A DNA stretch of 64,000 bases, taken from Mustelus asterias. Its lineage: Eukaryota. Position 1 is the stretch's first letter; the number at the start of each line of letters is the position of its first letter. Made by a program: the position numbers and the translations under genes. The notes beneath the pieces are model-generated. The model had not been told where the DNA came from, searched no databases, and was given only the letters and a program-made list of their open reading frames with translations. Location: the NCBI RefSeq assembly GCF_964213995.1, contig NW_027590142.1:930001-994000 (forward strand), written 5' to 3'. Shown one piece after another: positions 48,751 through 62,091 of this stretch.

Positions 48751-49517
48751 CCTGATAAATGTGAGGTGATTCATTTTGGTAGGACTAATTTAAATGTGGA
48801 TTACGGGGTCAGAGGTACGGTTCTGAAGACTGTGGAGGAACAGAGAGATCTTGGGGTCCATATCCACAGATCTCTAAAGGTTGCCACTCAAGTGGATAGA
48901 GCTGTGAAGAAGGCCTATAGTGTGTGGAGTTTAAGAGCCGTGGGGTTATGCTGCAACTGTACAGGACCTTGGTGAGACCACATTTGGAATATTGTGTGCA
49001 GTTCTGGTCACCTCGCTATAAGAAGGATGTGGAAGCGCTGGAAAGAGTGCAGAGGAGATTTACCAGGATGCTACCTGGTTTGGAGGGTAGGTCTTATGAG
49101 GAAAGGTTGAGGGAGCTAGGGCTGTTCTCTCTGGAGCGGAGGAGGCTGAGGGGAGACTTAATAGAGGTTTATAAAATGATGAAGGGGATTGATAGAGTGA
49201 ACGTTCAAAGACTATTTCCTCGGGTGGATGGAGCTATTACAAGGGGGCATAACTATAGGGTTCGTGGTGGGAGATATAGGAAGGATATCAGAGGTAGGTT
49301 CTTTACGCAGAGAGTGGTTGGGGTGTGGAATGGTCTGCCTGCAGTGATCGTGGAGTCAGACACTTTAGGAACATTTAAGCGGTTATTGGATAGGCACATG
49401 GAGCACACCAGGATGATAGGGAGTGGGATAGCTTGATCTTGGTTTCAGATAAAGCTCGGCACAACATCGCGGGCCGAAGGGCCTGTTCTGTGCTGTACTG
49501 ATCTATGTTTCTATGTT
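48751..49517 (+). mobile_element. CR1 LINE 3' fragment
   Basis: PDKCEVIHFG...; ORF 48924-49436; CTATGTT tail. Confidence 0.88.
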
Positions 49518-49663
49518 CACCCGTGTGTGTGTGTGTGTATGTATATGTGTGCGCGCGCGTGTGTGTGTATGTGTGTGTGCGTTTGTGTGCATATGTGTCT
49601 ATGCATGTCCGTCTATCTGCTTATATGCCTGGGCATGTGTGCGTGTGCATGTGAGTGTGTGAA

Positions 49664-49700
<37 letters not shown>

Positions 49701-49912
49701 GGGAGAGAGAAAGAGAGGCGTCACTCCTCAGCCTTCTCTGTGCCAAGCGAAAACGCCCTAATTATCCAGTCTCAGCATTCGGTAAATTCATGGAGAAACT
49801 CACATAGGGTTAAGAGATAGAAAAAATGCGGGTCTAATCGAATGGCTCAGCAGGTTGGAGGAGTTCCCTCTGTTGGATTCTGATCATTTCCTTTTATTTA
49901 TTAAATTTTCAG

Positions 49913-50224
49913 AGGCGAAAGGCCCGGTGGAGCCTAAATTGAGCGTCTTTTACCCGCCAGTGCCACGGGGAGCCACCGGCATCGACACAGCTGCAGTATG
50001 CTTGGCCTCGGACTTCTCGCCCAACGCAATCATGCTCTCCCTGTACACGGGATCGGGCCAGGAGGTCAATGTGACAAGATCCAGTGTCCTATTGGAGAGC
50101 GGGAATTACAGGAGCTCGGGTTTTCTCTCTTTCCGCCAATCCGAGAAATCGCCAAACATCACGTGCAAGGCATTTCACGATAATCGAAATTACTCAGTAA
50201 ACATCCCGCCCACAGTTGAAATTG
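49913..50224 (+). CDS. TRDC: TCR-delta constant region exon 1 (Ig C domain)
   Basis: Acceptor ttttcAG ends at 49912, phase 1. AKGPVEPKLSVFYP...AAVCLASDFSP...VLLESGNYRSSGFL...NITCKAFH...; donor GTAAGT at 50225. Confidence 0.93.
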
Positions 50225-50639
50225 GTAAGTTTATTTTATTTTCGTTCACGTGATGTGGGTGTCGTTGGCTTGGCCAACATTTATTGCCCATCCTAAATTG
50301 CCCTTCAGCAGAGGGCATTTAAGAGTCACTTGCCGGCCAGACCATGTAAGGACGGCAGATTTCGTTCGCTGAAGGAAGTTAGTGAACCAGATGAGTTTTA
50401 ATGATAATCGACAATGGTTTCAGGGTCATCATGAAACTTTTAATTCCAATTTTAAAAAAAATGTTCAAATTTCGCAGCTGCCATCCCCAGGTCAGCATTC
50501 TGGGTCGTTGGATTACCAGTCCAGTGACAATGCCTCCTCTCAGAATGTTTTATGACAGGAAGAACTTGCACTAAATATTATCCATCCTCTTAACGACCTA
50601 AGGACTCTCGGTGTCATCGTCACTCAAAGTGTAGTCTTT

Positions 50640-52445
50640 TTGAAAGATTAGCTGACTAATGATTGACGGTCAATTATCCTAGTCTGGGGACTTCACTGCA
50701 GGAGTTCCTCAGTGTCTCAGGCCTAACCAGCTTCAGTTGCTTCATTAATCACCTTCAATCCATTGTAAGGTCAGAAGTTGGGATGTTCGCTGATGACTGA
50801 ACAATTTTCAGCACCATTCATGACACCTCAGATCTTGAAGTAGTGCATTACAAATGCACCAATAGCTGGACAATACCGAGGCTTTGACTGACAAGCTGCA
50901 AGTAACATTTGCGCCACACATGTTCCAGGCAATGACCAACTCCAACAGGAAAGAAGCTAACAACCGGCTCTTGACATTTAATGGCATTACCATGACTGAA
51001 ACAAAGAACAAAGAAAATTACAGCACAGGAACAGGCCCTTCGGCCCTCCAAGCCTGCACCGACGATGCTGCCCGACTTAACTAAAACCCCTTTCCCTTCC
51101 GGGGACCATATCGCTCTATTCCCATCTTATTCATGTATTTGTCCAGATGTCCCTTAAAACTCACTATCATATCTCCTTCCACTACCTCCCCCGGCAGCGA
51201 GTTCCAGGCACGCACCACCTTCTGTGTAAAAACTCTGCCTCGTACGTCTCCTTTAAACCTTGCCCCTCGCACCTTAAATCTATGCCCCCGAGTAATTGAC
51301 TCTTCCACCCTGGGAAAAAGCTTCTAACTATCCACTCTGCCCATGCCTCTCATAATCCTGTAGACTTCTATCAGGTCAACCCCCACTATCAACATCCTGA
51401 GGGTTAACGTTGCTCAGAAACTGAACTGGACTATCCATATAAGTGCTGTGGCTGCAAGAGAATGTCGGAGATTGGGAATCCTGTGGTGAGTAACGTATCT
51501 CCTCATCCCCCAAATTCTCTGCCCCATCCACAAGACATAATCATGACTGTGGTAGTGTATTCGCCACTTGCCTCGATGAATGCAGCTCCAATAACACTCA
51601 GACATTTGACACGACCCAGGACAAAGCAGCTCCGCTTGATTAACAGTGTGTTTATGAGTGTCACAAGTCGGCTTACATTAAAACTGCAATGAATTTATTG
51701 TGACAATCCCATAGTCGCCACACTCTGTGCCTGTTCGGGTACACTGAGGGAGAATTTAGCATGGCCAATGCATCTAATCAGCACGTCTTTCGGACTGTGG
51801 GAGGAAACCGGAGCGCCCGGATCAAACCCACGCTGACACGAGGAAAACGTGCAGACTCTGCACAGACAGTCACCCAAGCCGGGAATCGAACACAGGTCCC
51901 TGACACTGTGGGCGGGGGGGAGTGGCGGGGGGGGGGGGGCGGAGGGGAGTGGCGGGGCGTTGGGGGGGGGGGGGGTGGCGGTGCAGCAGTACTAACCACT
52001 GTCCCACTGTGCGGCTCAAGCATTAAGTACTCTATTCACAAATATCCACTTCTTCCACCACCGAAGCACAATGGCAGCAGTGTGTGCCATCCACAAGATA
52101 CACAGCAGTAACTCTCCAAGTCTCCTTCCGCTGAATCTTCCAAACTCACGACCGTTATCTTCTCGGAGGACAAGGGCAGCAGATACCTGGGAACACCATC
52201 ATCTGGACGTTACCCTCCATGTCACTCAGCATCCTGACTTGGAAATGTTTCGGCAGTTCCTTCACTGTCGCAGAGTCAAAATGGTGGAACTTCTTCCCTA
52301 ACAGCACTGTGTGTGTACGTACCGCTGACAGACTGCAGAGGTTCAAGCAGGAGACTCACAACCATCTTCTGAAGGGGGCAATTAGGGATTGGCAATAAAT
52401 GCTGACCTGCCAGTGATGTCCACATTCCGTAAATGAATAAAAATA
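50640..52445 (+). mobile_element. L2/CR1-group LINE interrupted by a CR1 tail (about 51000-51380, minus) and a SINE (about 51640-52015, minus)
   Basis: FSCFIN.L.SIVRSEVGMFADD near 50730-50800; 3' tail GGCAATAAATGCTG at 52391. Confidence 0.7.
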
Positions 52446-52931
52446 ATAAGAGCTAACTATTATAATTCAGGGCAGTGTGCAGGACCCGTAACTGCTGGTA
52501 CATCACCGAATTTAGGAACGTATTAAATACTAACCAGGGTACTGGAGAATCCCGTTCCTCTGGAGAAATGCCCTGATATCATTTAATCCACTGCAGAGCT
52601 GAAATCAGGCCTCGGTTTCACGACGTTTTCGGAAGACAGTGAAATACTGCACTGATGGAACGGCTCTGGATCCTGGGTTTTAATCCCTGATGGGGAATCT
52701 ACCCTGCACTCTTTGAACTCAGAATTGGGACGAACTAAATGGCAGAGCTACCAATGTTTCTCCGTTGTGAATAATCAAGTGAACAAGTCCAATCGTGCTG
52801 TTTGATTCTTACTTTCTTCGTGGCTTTTGGTTATGACAACAACATTATTCAAAGTGATATTGAGAACAAACATGGTTACAGTAATGTCACTTGCTCACTT
52901 AATAAGTCAAATGTCATTTTTGCCCTTCCAG

Positions 52932-52994
52932 ATAAACCTAAATGCCCTACAGGTCGAAGTGATTCCTTGACAGAATCAAGTGACACGGAAAACG
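52932..52994 (+). CDS. TRDC: TCR-delta constant exon 2 (connecting peptide with interchain Cys)
   Basis: cccttccAG | DKPKCPTGRSDSLTESSDTEN | GTATGT; 63 bp, phase 1-1. Confidence 0.87.
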
Positions 52995-53407
52995 GTATGT
53001 GCTTTATTCAACATTTATCAAAGTAAAATACTTGCAAATAGACGGATTGATAAGTGGACAAATAGGCACGGATACAGACCCGGAGATTGAATGATAAACA
53101 TATAGTGAGATGGGGAGAAATATAGATTGTCACACAGAGTGAGGGAGAGAGATATATAAATCGAGGGGGAAAGCGAGAGAGGAGGAGAGGCGGGGAGAGA
53201 GAGAGAGAAATTCAGAGTGAAAGAGAGATGAAGATAGACAGGCAAGCAGACGGTCGGACGGACGGACTGACAGAGATGGACAGACGGACGAAAGTCAAGC
53301 AGTTAGATAATGGAAAAAATATCACATTAGTGGTATACAGTTGTTTTTCAATTCAAAATGATATATCCATTAAACCAGATCTATCATTTGTTTCTCTTAT
53401 TTGGCAG

Positions 53408-53517
53408 ATCGACTGAGGGTGAACTTTTTGTCTTTGACGGTGATGGGGCTAAGAATTTTGTTTTTCAAGAGCATTGTCTTCAATGTCATGATGACGGCCA
53501 GGGTGTGGCTATTTTGA
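53408..53517 (+). CDS. TRDC: TCR-delta constant exon 3 (transmembrane, stop codon)
   Basis: DRLRVNFLSLTVMGLRILFFKSIVFNVMMTARVWLF*, with the conserved R, K and N of the TCR alpha/delta TM; donor GTAAGG at 53519 implies a non-coding exon 4. Confidence 0.94.
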
Positions 53518-55369
53518 GGTAAGGTCGGTCACCTGAATGCGTGCCAAGAAAGACAAACTGTGATGAACAATGACCATTGACGGGATCTCGCGAGGCCACT
53601 GTTAAGGCAGACGCTGAAACTAACCCGTGGAGTGAGCATTAACTTGGATGCATTTAGACAAACGAACTCTTACTCCAGTGCCCCATCCTCATCGCTTTTC
53701 ATCCCTCCCTTGCCACCGCACCACCGCCCCCCCCCCCCCCGGCCCCGCCGCCCCCCCCCCCGCCCCCGCCTGCCAACCCCCGCTCCCAATCGCAGCCTTG
53801 ACTTCTTAAACCTCTCCAGATTTTTGTTTAATTATGGGTGTCACTGACTAGCCTAGCTTTTTCCGCCCATCCCTTGGTCTTGAGCTGCGTGGCTCTTTCG
53901 GAGAGTCGGTGCAGACTCTATGGGCCAAATCGCATCCTTCTGCACTGTCGGGGTTCTTGTGCAATTGCAGTGGCTTCTGAGAATATTATTGGAGAATGTT
54001 AATGGAGACCCTAAAGATACAAGGTGTTCTTTGCTTGCTGACTCTTTGATGTGCTACTACTGTTGCTCCTTCCATTCCAAACAGAACTGCATTGGACGAT
54101 GAAATGGATTCAGGTGTGAACTCATTGACTGGGGTATCAAAATCCAGAGGCTTCCTGATCAGAAGTTCCGCTTCAAGCAATTCAATCTCGCTTGTTTTAA
54201 ATGGCGACTTAACTTTAAAAGATCCTCTTTTCGGTCACTTTTTTCCACTGTTATTTTGATTTGAAATTCGTGGTTCTGCGAAAATTCTACTGCTGATGCT
54301 ACATAAACATTTCAATTATGCATTTCAGCAACAGCGTGGAGCTAGCATTGACATGGTGTCTGCCTGCATTAGTGTCGGAGACATTTTTGAAAACAGCATT
54401 TTCAATTTTAGGACGTATAGAACTTCGATTTTTATATTCTTTGCTTAGAATAGTAGAATCCTATTCCGGAGAAAGCAGCCACTCAGCCCATAGTGACAAT
54501 GGCAGCCCTTTACAGGGCAATCTAGGTAATGGCACCTCACATGTTCCTTTTGGTTGTTTTACTCTGGTAGTTATTTTAAACATTGTATTTTAATGCATGC
54601 AATTTAAGAGCGTAAGATACGTTAAATCAGCAAGGGTCTGATCGGATTTTCATCAAACTTTTAGATTGTTGCCAAGGTGATATTCTCTCTCCCGTACTTA
54701 ATCTTGGACTCCAGATTTTCCTCCCAGTGCCACGGAGGCACCAAACCCCAGCCTGTGCATCTGGGCCCTTAGAGATAATCGAGCCACCACTTGCCGCCGT
54801 GCAGAGCTTTATCATGACACGGCATTTCACAAGTAAGATGAACAAGAGTTTTTGAACATCTCGCCATGAGCTTAGCCTAAAATCAGGTTATTGCTCTCAA
54901 GTTATTTTACAGATGGGACATTCGTACACATTTAAGATCATCCGGTTAGTCAGGGGAAGCGAGAGTTATGGTGCTAAGGTGGTAAAGTGGAGTTGAGGAT
55001 AATATCAAACCAACCATGATTTCATTGAAAGGCGAAGCAGCTCCTGTGGGCCGAATGGTCTACTTCTACTCCTCCGTCTTATGCTCTTCTGGTTCGTTAA
55101 TCACACCTTTGTGCATATCTGTCACCTTGTTATTTTTTCATATGCATCGCTTATAATATTGAATAAATTTGCAGTCTTTAATGAAGGGTGTCTTCTGCTT
55201 CTTTGTTAACGCGATGGCAAGACATGCATTTGGTTTGGTTGACAGAGAGCTCTTGTAGTCGCGCAGCACAAATGGAGGCCACTGAGCCCATCATGAGGAT
55301 ACCAGCTCCCCATGGCAGATCCCGCCAATTGGAGCCAATTTATTTTTTAAAGTCTCTCATAGCAGGAAG

Positions 55370-58300
55370 GGCTTGGCTCTTAGTGAGCAATTAATGGAGG
55401 GGTCACCTGTGGTTGTCCCCCTCCAAAACAAGTATATTGCTTTGGATAGTGTGGAGGAGGATGACTCTCCAGGGGTAAGCCACAGTGACCAGGTCACTGG
55501 CACAGAATCAGGTTCTGTGGCCCGGAAAGGAAAGAGAGGAATTCGGAGAGCAATAGTGGTGGGGGATGCGTCGGTTCGAGGCACGGATAGGCGATTCTGT
55601 GGGTGCGAACGGGACTCCAGGATGGTAGTCTGCCTACCTGGTGTTGGGGTACTGGATGTCTCCGAGCGGATAGGAGGCATATTAAAAGGGGAAGATAAAG
55701 AAACGGATGTCGTTGTACACATTGGTGCAAATGACGTAGATAGGAAGAGCAGGGGGATCGTACGAGAGCAATTCAGGGAGTTGGGAAATAGGCGAAAAGG
55801 TAGGGCCTCCAGGGTAGCAATAGCTGGGCTGCTCCCAATGTCTCGTGCCAGTGAGGCTAGGAATAGGGAGTTAATACAATTGAACGCTTGGCTAAAGGAC
55901 TGGTCCAGGAGGGAGGGCTTCATTTTCCTGGATCATTGGGAAGTTTTCAAGAGAGGATGGCACCTGTACAAGAAGGATGGGTCACAACTAAATTGGAAGG
56001 GCACGAATATCCTGGCTGGGAGTTTTGCTCGTGCAGTTCGGGTGGGTTTAAACTAATATGGCAGGGGGGTGGGGATCAAAAAATTCGATCTACAAGTGTA
56101 GAGGCTGGGGACGAGCTTGGGGCCAGGACAAGGCTGGCAAAGAAGAAGAGCACTCTGGGGGAGGATGAACTCACTGGGCCTGGAGGTCTGGAGTGCCTCT
56201 ACTTCAAAGCAAGGAGCGTAGCAGGTAAGACAGACGAACTTAGGGCCTTCATGCTTACGAAGAATTTGGATGTAGTTGCGGTGACAGAGACTTGGTTGAA
56301 AGAGAGACAGGACTGGCAGCTGAATATTCCGGGGTACAAGTGTTTTAGGCGAGACAGAGGAGGGGCCAAAAGAGGTGGGGGAGTAGCAGTATTCGTTAGA
56401 GAACATATTACAGCGGTGCAGAGGGAGGACAATTCAGAGGGGTCGTGTAACGAGTCACTGTGGGTGGAGCTCAGAAACAGGAAGGGCGCAGTCACTATGT
56501 TGGGGATATACTACAGGCCCCCCAACAGCCCAAGGGAAGTGGAAGAACGGATATGTCAGGAGATACTGGATAGGTGCAGGAAAAAATAGGGTTGTTGCAG
56601 TGGGAGACTTCAATTTCCCTGGTATAGAATGGAAATCGCTTAGAGCTGGGACTCTGAATGGGGAGGAATTTGTAAAATGCGTACAGGAAGGTTCTTTGGA
56701 ACAATATGTAGATAGCCCGACTAGAGAGGGGGCTATACTGGACCTAGTACTGGGGAATGAGCCCGGTCAGGTCTTCAAAGTTTCAGTAGGGGAACATGTG
56801 GCAAATAGTGACCACAATTCTGTTAGCTTTAGGATAGCGATGGAAAAGGATGAGTGGTGTCCCAAGGGTAAGGTGTTGAATTGGGGGAAGGCTAACTTTA
56901 GTGGGATTAGGCAGAAATTGGCAGTTGTTGATTGGGAGAGGCTGTTTGAGGGTAAATCCACAACTGGCATGTGGGAGTCTTTTAAGGAACAGTTGTTAGG
57001 GCTGCAGGACAGGCATGTGCCTGTAAAAAAGAAGGATAGGAAGGGTAGGATTCGAGAACCGTGGATAAACAGGGAAATTGAGGGACTGGTCAAAAAGAAA
57101 AGGGAGGCGTACGTTAGGTCCAGGCAGTTAAAAACGGAGGGAGCTCTGGAGGAATACAAAGAAAGTCGGAAAGAACTCAAAAGAGGAATTAGAAGGGCAA
57201 AAAGGGGTCACGAAATGTTCTTGGCAGACAGGATTAAGGAGAATCCCAAGGCATTTTATTCATACGTTAGGAACAAAAGGGGTGTCAGGGAAAAAATCAG
57301 ACCTCTCAGGGACAAAAGTGGGGAATTATGCTCAGAGCCCAAAGAAGTAGGGGAGATCCTAAATGAATACTTTGCGTTGGTATTCACAAAGGAGAGGGAT
57401 GTGTTGACTGGGAGTGTCTCGGAGGGGAGTGTTGAACCATTAGAGAAAATCTCCATTACAAGGGAGGAAGTGTTAGGTTTTTTAGAGAATATAAAGACTG
57501 ACAAGTCCCCAGGGCCTGATGGAATCTATCCAAGGCTGCTCAGGGAGACGAGAGATAAAATCGCTGGGCCTCTGACGCAAATCTTTATCTCATCACTGGA
57601 CACAGGTGAGGTCCCAGAGGATTGGAGGATAGCTAATGTGGTCCCGTTATTTAAGAAGGGTAGGAAGGATAACCCGGGTAATTATAGGCCGGTGAGCTTG
57701 ACGTCCATGGTAGGGAAGTTGTTGGAGAGAATTCTTAGAGATAGGATGTATGCACATTTAGAAAGGAATAAACTCATTAACGATAGTCAGCATGGTTTTG
57801 TGAGAAGGAGGTCATGCCTCACTAACCTGGTGGAGTTTTTTGAAGAAGTGACTAGAATGGTTGACGAGGGAAGGGCCGTGGATGTCGTCTCTATGGACTT
57901 TAGTAAAGCGTTTGACAAAGTCCCTCACGGTAGGCTGGTGCAAAAGGTTGGATCTCATGGGATAAAGGGGGAGGTGGCTAGATGGGTGGAGAACTGGCTT
58001 GTCACAGAAGACAGAGGGTGGGAGTGGAAGGGTCTTTTACCGGCTGGAGGCCTGTGACGAGTGGTGTTCCGCAGGGCTCTGTATTGGGACCTCTGCTGTT
58101 TGTGATTTACATAAACGATCTGGAAGAAGATGTAACTGGGGTGATCAGTAAGTTTGCGGACGACACGAAATTGGCTGGAATTGGCGATAGTGAGGAACAT
58201 TGTCAGAGACTACAGATGGATATAGATCGGCTGGAAATTTGGGCAAAGAAATGGCAGATGGAGTTCAAACCAGATCAATGCGAAGTGATGCATTTTGGTA

Positions 58301-59059
58301 GAGCTAATGTAGGGGGGAGCAATGCGATAAATGGCAGAATCATAAAGGGTGTAGATACGCAGAGGGACCTGGGTGTGCAATTCCACAGATCCTTGAAGGT
58401 GACGTCACAGGTGGAGAAGGTGGTGAAAAAGGCATATGGCATGCTAGCCTTTATAGGACGGGGTATAGAGTATAAAGGTTGGGATCTGATGTTGCAGATG
58501 CATAGAACGTTGGTTCGGCCGCATTTGGAATACTGCATCCAGTTCTGGTCGCCACACTACCAGAAGGACTTGGAGGCTTTAGAGAGAGTGCAGAGGAGGT
58601 TTACCAGGATGTTGCCTGGTTTGGAGGGGCTTAGTTATGAGGAGAGATTGAGTAAACTGGGGTTGTTTTCACTGGAAAGACGGAGGATGAGGGGAGACCT
58701 AATAGAGGTGTATAAAATTATGAAAGACATAGATAGGGTGAACGGTGGGAAGCTTTTTCCCAGGCCGGTGGTGACGTTCACGAGGGGTCATAGGTTCAAG
58801 GTGAGAGGCGGGGGGGAGGTTTAACATGGATATCAGAAGGACATATTTTACACAGAGGGTGGTGGGGGCCTGGAATGCGCTGCCAGGCAAGGTGGTGGAG
58901 GTGGGCACACTGGGAACGTTTAAGACTTATCTCGATAGCCACATGAACGGAGTGGGTATGGAGGGATACAAAAGAATGGTCTAGTTTGGACCAGGGAGCG
59001 GCGGGGGCTTGGAGGGCCGAAGGGCCTCTTCCTGTACCGTATTGTTCTTTGTTCTTTGT
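55370..59059 (+). mobile_element. Long CR1 LINE: ORF1 SGNH-esterase part and frameshifted ORF2
   Basis: ORF 55373-56056 (IVVGDA..VCLPG..VHIGAND); endonuclease 55888-56589; RT 56600-58824; (TTCTTTG)n tail. Confidence 0.93.
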
Positions 59060-59790
59060 TGAAAAAAGCTTCTGACTACCCACTCTGTCCATGCCCCTCA
59101 TAATCTTGCACATTTTTATCAGGTCACCCCTCAACCTCCGTCGTTCCAGTGAGAACAACGCAAGTTTCTCCAACCTCCCCTCATAACTAATGCCCTCCAT
59201 ACCAGGCACCATCCCGGTAAATCTTTTATGTACCCTCTCCAAAGCCTCCACATCTTTCTGGTAGTGTAGCGACCAGAATTGAACACTATATTCCAAGTGC
59301 GGCCTAACTAAGGTTCTATAAGCTGCAACATGACTTGCCAATTTTTAAATTCAATGCCCCGGCTGATGAAGGCAAGCATGCCGTATGCCTTCTTGACTAC
59401 CTTTTCCACCTGGGTTGCCACTTTCAATGACCTTTACACCTGATCCCTCTGCTATCAATACTCTTCAGGGTTCTGCCCTTTACTGTATATTTCCTATCTG
59501 CATTATACCTTCCAAAATGCATTACCTCACATTTGTCCGGATTGAGCTCCATCTGCCATCTCTCCGCTCAAGCCTGTAACCGAACTATATCCTGCTGCAT
59601 CCTCAGATGGTCCTCATCGCTATCTGCAGGTCTACCAATCCGCAAATCTACCAACCTTTGTTTCGTCTGCAAACTTACTAATCAATCCGGTTACATTTTC
59701 TTCCAAATCATTTATATATATTACAAACAGCAAAGTCCCAGCACTGATCCCTGAGGAACGCCACTTGTCACAGCCCTCCATTCAGAAACA
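59060..59790 (-). mobile_element. CR1 LINE fragment
   Basis: Minus ORF 58796-59341 (YRTLVRPHLEYSVQFW) abutting the tail of the plus-strand CR1. Confidence 0.85.
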
Positions 59791-60489
59791 CTTTTATTTT
59801 AGTGGTCTAACCATTATAATGCCGTCCCCCCACTCACATCCTCCCCCACCCCCACCCCCCCCCCCCCCCCCCCGCCCCACCCCCCTCCCCAACCCGCCGA
59901 AAAATATAACAACGAAAAACAATGGAAGTTAAGGTAATTCCTGATAGGAATAACGAATTGAAGAGCTAACTGGTCACCTGGAAGCGAGAAGAACCCAAAA
60001 ACGTTCCCAATACCCAAAGCGAAACGCTGCTCCTGTGCCTGGTTTGACTACATTGGCTGCAGCAGTGATTAGAGCCATTTGGAATGGGCTATAAACGTTA
60101 GCCAGGCCAGCGACTCCCACACACAATGTATTTGTTGCTTCACCCAGCGGTACGTGCATTTCCGGCAGTGCCAGAATGTATTTCCCATCCCGAATCACCA
60201 TTGAACCGCGTGGCTTGCATTGACCATGGTGTTGTACTTGAAGTCTCAGGTAGTGAACCAGATGGGTTTTAACAACAATTGACTCATGGTTCGATTGTTG
60301 AATTCCAGGTTGCTTTTATTGAATTCAGATTTCTCCAGTTGCCATGGCAGGAATTCAATCCTCATGTGTGTCCAAAGCTTTAGCCCTGGCTTTCTGGATT
60401 AATCGTCATGCCGTTACAGCACCCCTGAAGGGGGAGGGAGGAACAATTGATCATGGTGGGTTTTGTGCCCGTGTTCACCATAGAATATA

Positions 60490-60810
60490 ATAATAGAATC
60501 GTAAAAACCATACACTGCAGAAAGTGGCCGTTCGGCCCATCGAGTCTGCACTGATTCTCCGAAAGAGAAATCAACCCAGACCCTCCCCTCTGCCCACGGT
60601 CAATCCACCTAACCTGCCCATCTGTGGGCACAAAGGTACATTTTGCCATGGCCAATCTACCCAATCTGCACATCCTTGGACTGAGGGAGACCAGAGCACC
60701 CGGATGAAACCCACGCAGACACGGCGAGAACGTGCAAACTCAACACAGGCAGCCACCCAAGGCTGGAATCGAACCCGTACCTCTGGCACTGCAGAGCTAA
60801 CCACTGTGCC
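60490..60810 (-). mobile_element. tRNA-derived shark SINE
   Basis: Minus-strand head GGCACAGTGGTTAGCTCTGC...GGGTTCGATTCC. Confidence 0.7.
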
Positions 60811-62091
60811 GAGGACTCTGGATGACTTGCCCAGAGACCGCTCCCCCGAGCAACAAACCCATAAAACTTTCGTGTGACTTCTCAACCTGTACTTGATATT
60901 TTAAGAGGAATGATCCAGCTCTCTAACAGGAATGGCACAAATTACACTTCTCAGTCTCGAAGTCCATGCTCTGAATTTCCTATCAGGTGTTGATTTTCTT
61001 TTGCTTCTCGGCAGTAGGGGGGTTAATCGACTTTGGCTTGCTTATTTTGATAGAAACTGTTGAGATAAAATGATACATGCGTTCACTGCTGATTGGGGGA
61101 ACCAGGGTCTGGTTGACAAGGCGACCAACGGCAGCAGGATGTGGGCCGAGTGTGCGGTTTCAGTCAAGAGGTCGCTGAGCCTCTCAGTTTACTCAAAGAC
61201 CAGAACGTGTGGTTTAATCACCCGGGACTGGAAACTCCAGCAGCGAGGTGGCAGTTAGGCAGTGCGGGGGGAGGGGTGAGAGGCCAGATGTTGCCAACTG
61301 TCGACAAGCATGAATCTTTTCAGAGACTTTCCCAGCGACTGAAGCTGCAGTAGATTTCTGCAGACGACAGTTCCAAAGGCACACAGGCATCTGAGAGAAT
61401 AAACAATTATTTTCTTCGCCCTCTTTCCTATCTGTCCCGCAAAGGTTAAACATTCCGTCAGCTTCCACCCTCACACCGCTGGCCCCATTACCCCTCCGAA
61501 CCCCCACCTCCCCACAACAACCGCCCCCCCCGCCCAAAAAAGATCATATATGTTTCAAAAAATCATCACTCAATCTTCTGCACTCCAATGGACTCTGTCC
61601 GATCTTTCCTGTATAACCCCATTCCAACTCCCCAATTCAGTCGAGCTTCCCCGCCTTAAGAAAGAAAATCTGCGGTCTTTACGCCGTCTGGCTTTCATGA
61701 CTCCTGACACGCAGTATTGTTTATTCATTCATGGAACATGGGCGTTTATTGCCCATCTCCAGTTGCCCTTGGAGGGCAGTTGACAGTCAACCACATTGAT
61801 GTGGCTCTAGACTCACGTGTTGGCCAAACCAGGTAAGCACGGCAGATTTCCTTCCCCAAAGGACATCGTGACCCAACTGTTTTTTTTCTGACAATTGGCA
61901 ATGATTTTACTGTCATCAGTAGATTCGAAATTTCAGATATTTTTATTGAATTGTGTTTCAAACACGGGACCCCAGAACATTAGCTGAGTTTTTGGATTGA
62001 TACTCGAGCGATAATATCACTACGCCATTCCCTCCCCTGGGGAGATGGCCATTAGCAAACTGTACTGTTCAAGGGAAATTAGCAAGAGCAA

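Noticed and set aside
53900-55170. Non-coding TRDC exon 4 and poly(A) site
   Set aside because: A donor exists at 53519, but several acceptors are possible and the AATAAA at 55162 cannot be tied to one without cDNA.
59970-60055. Minus-strand leader-like stretch suggesting an inverted V-delta 3' of C-delta, as in mammals
   Set aside because: The ATG is followed by TAG, and no minus-strand V exon or RSS was found; no J-alpha was seen up to 64000 either.
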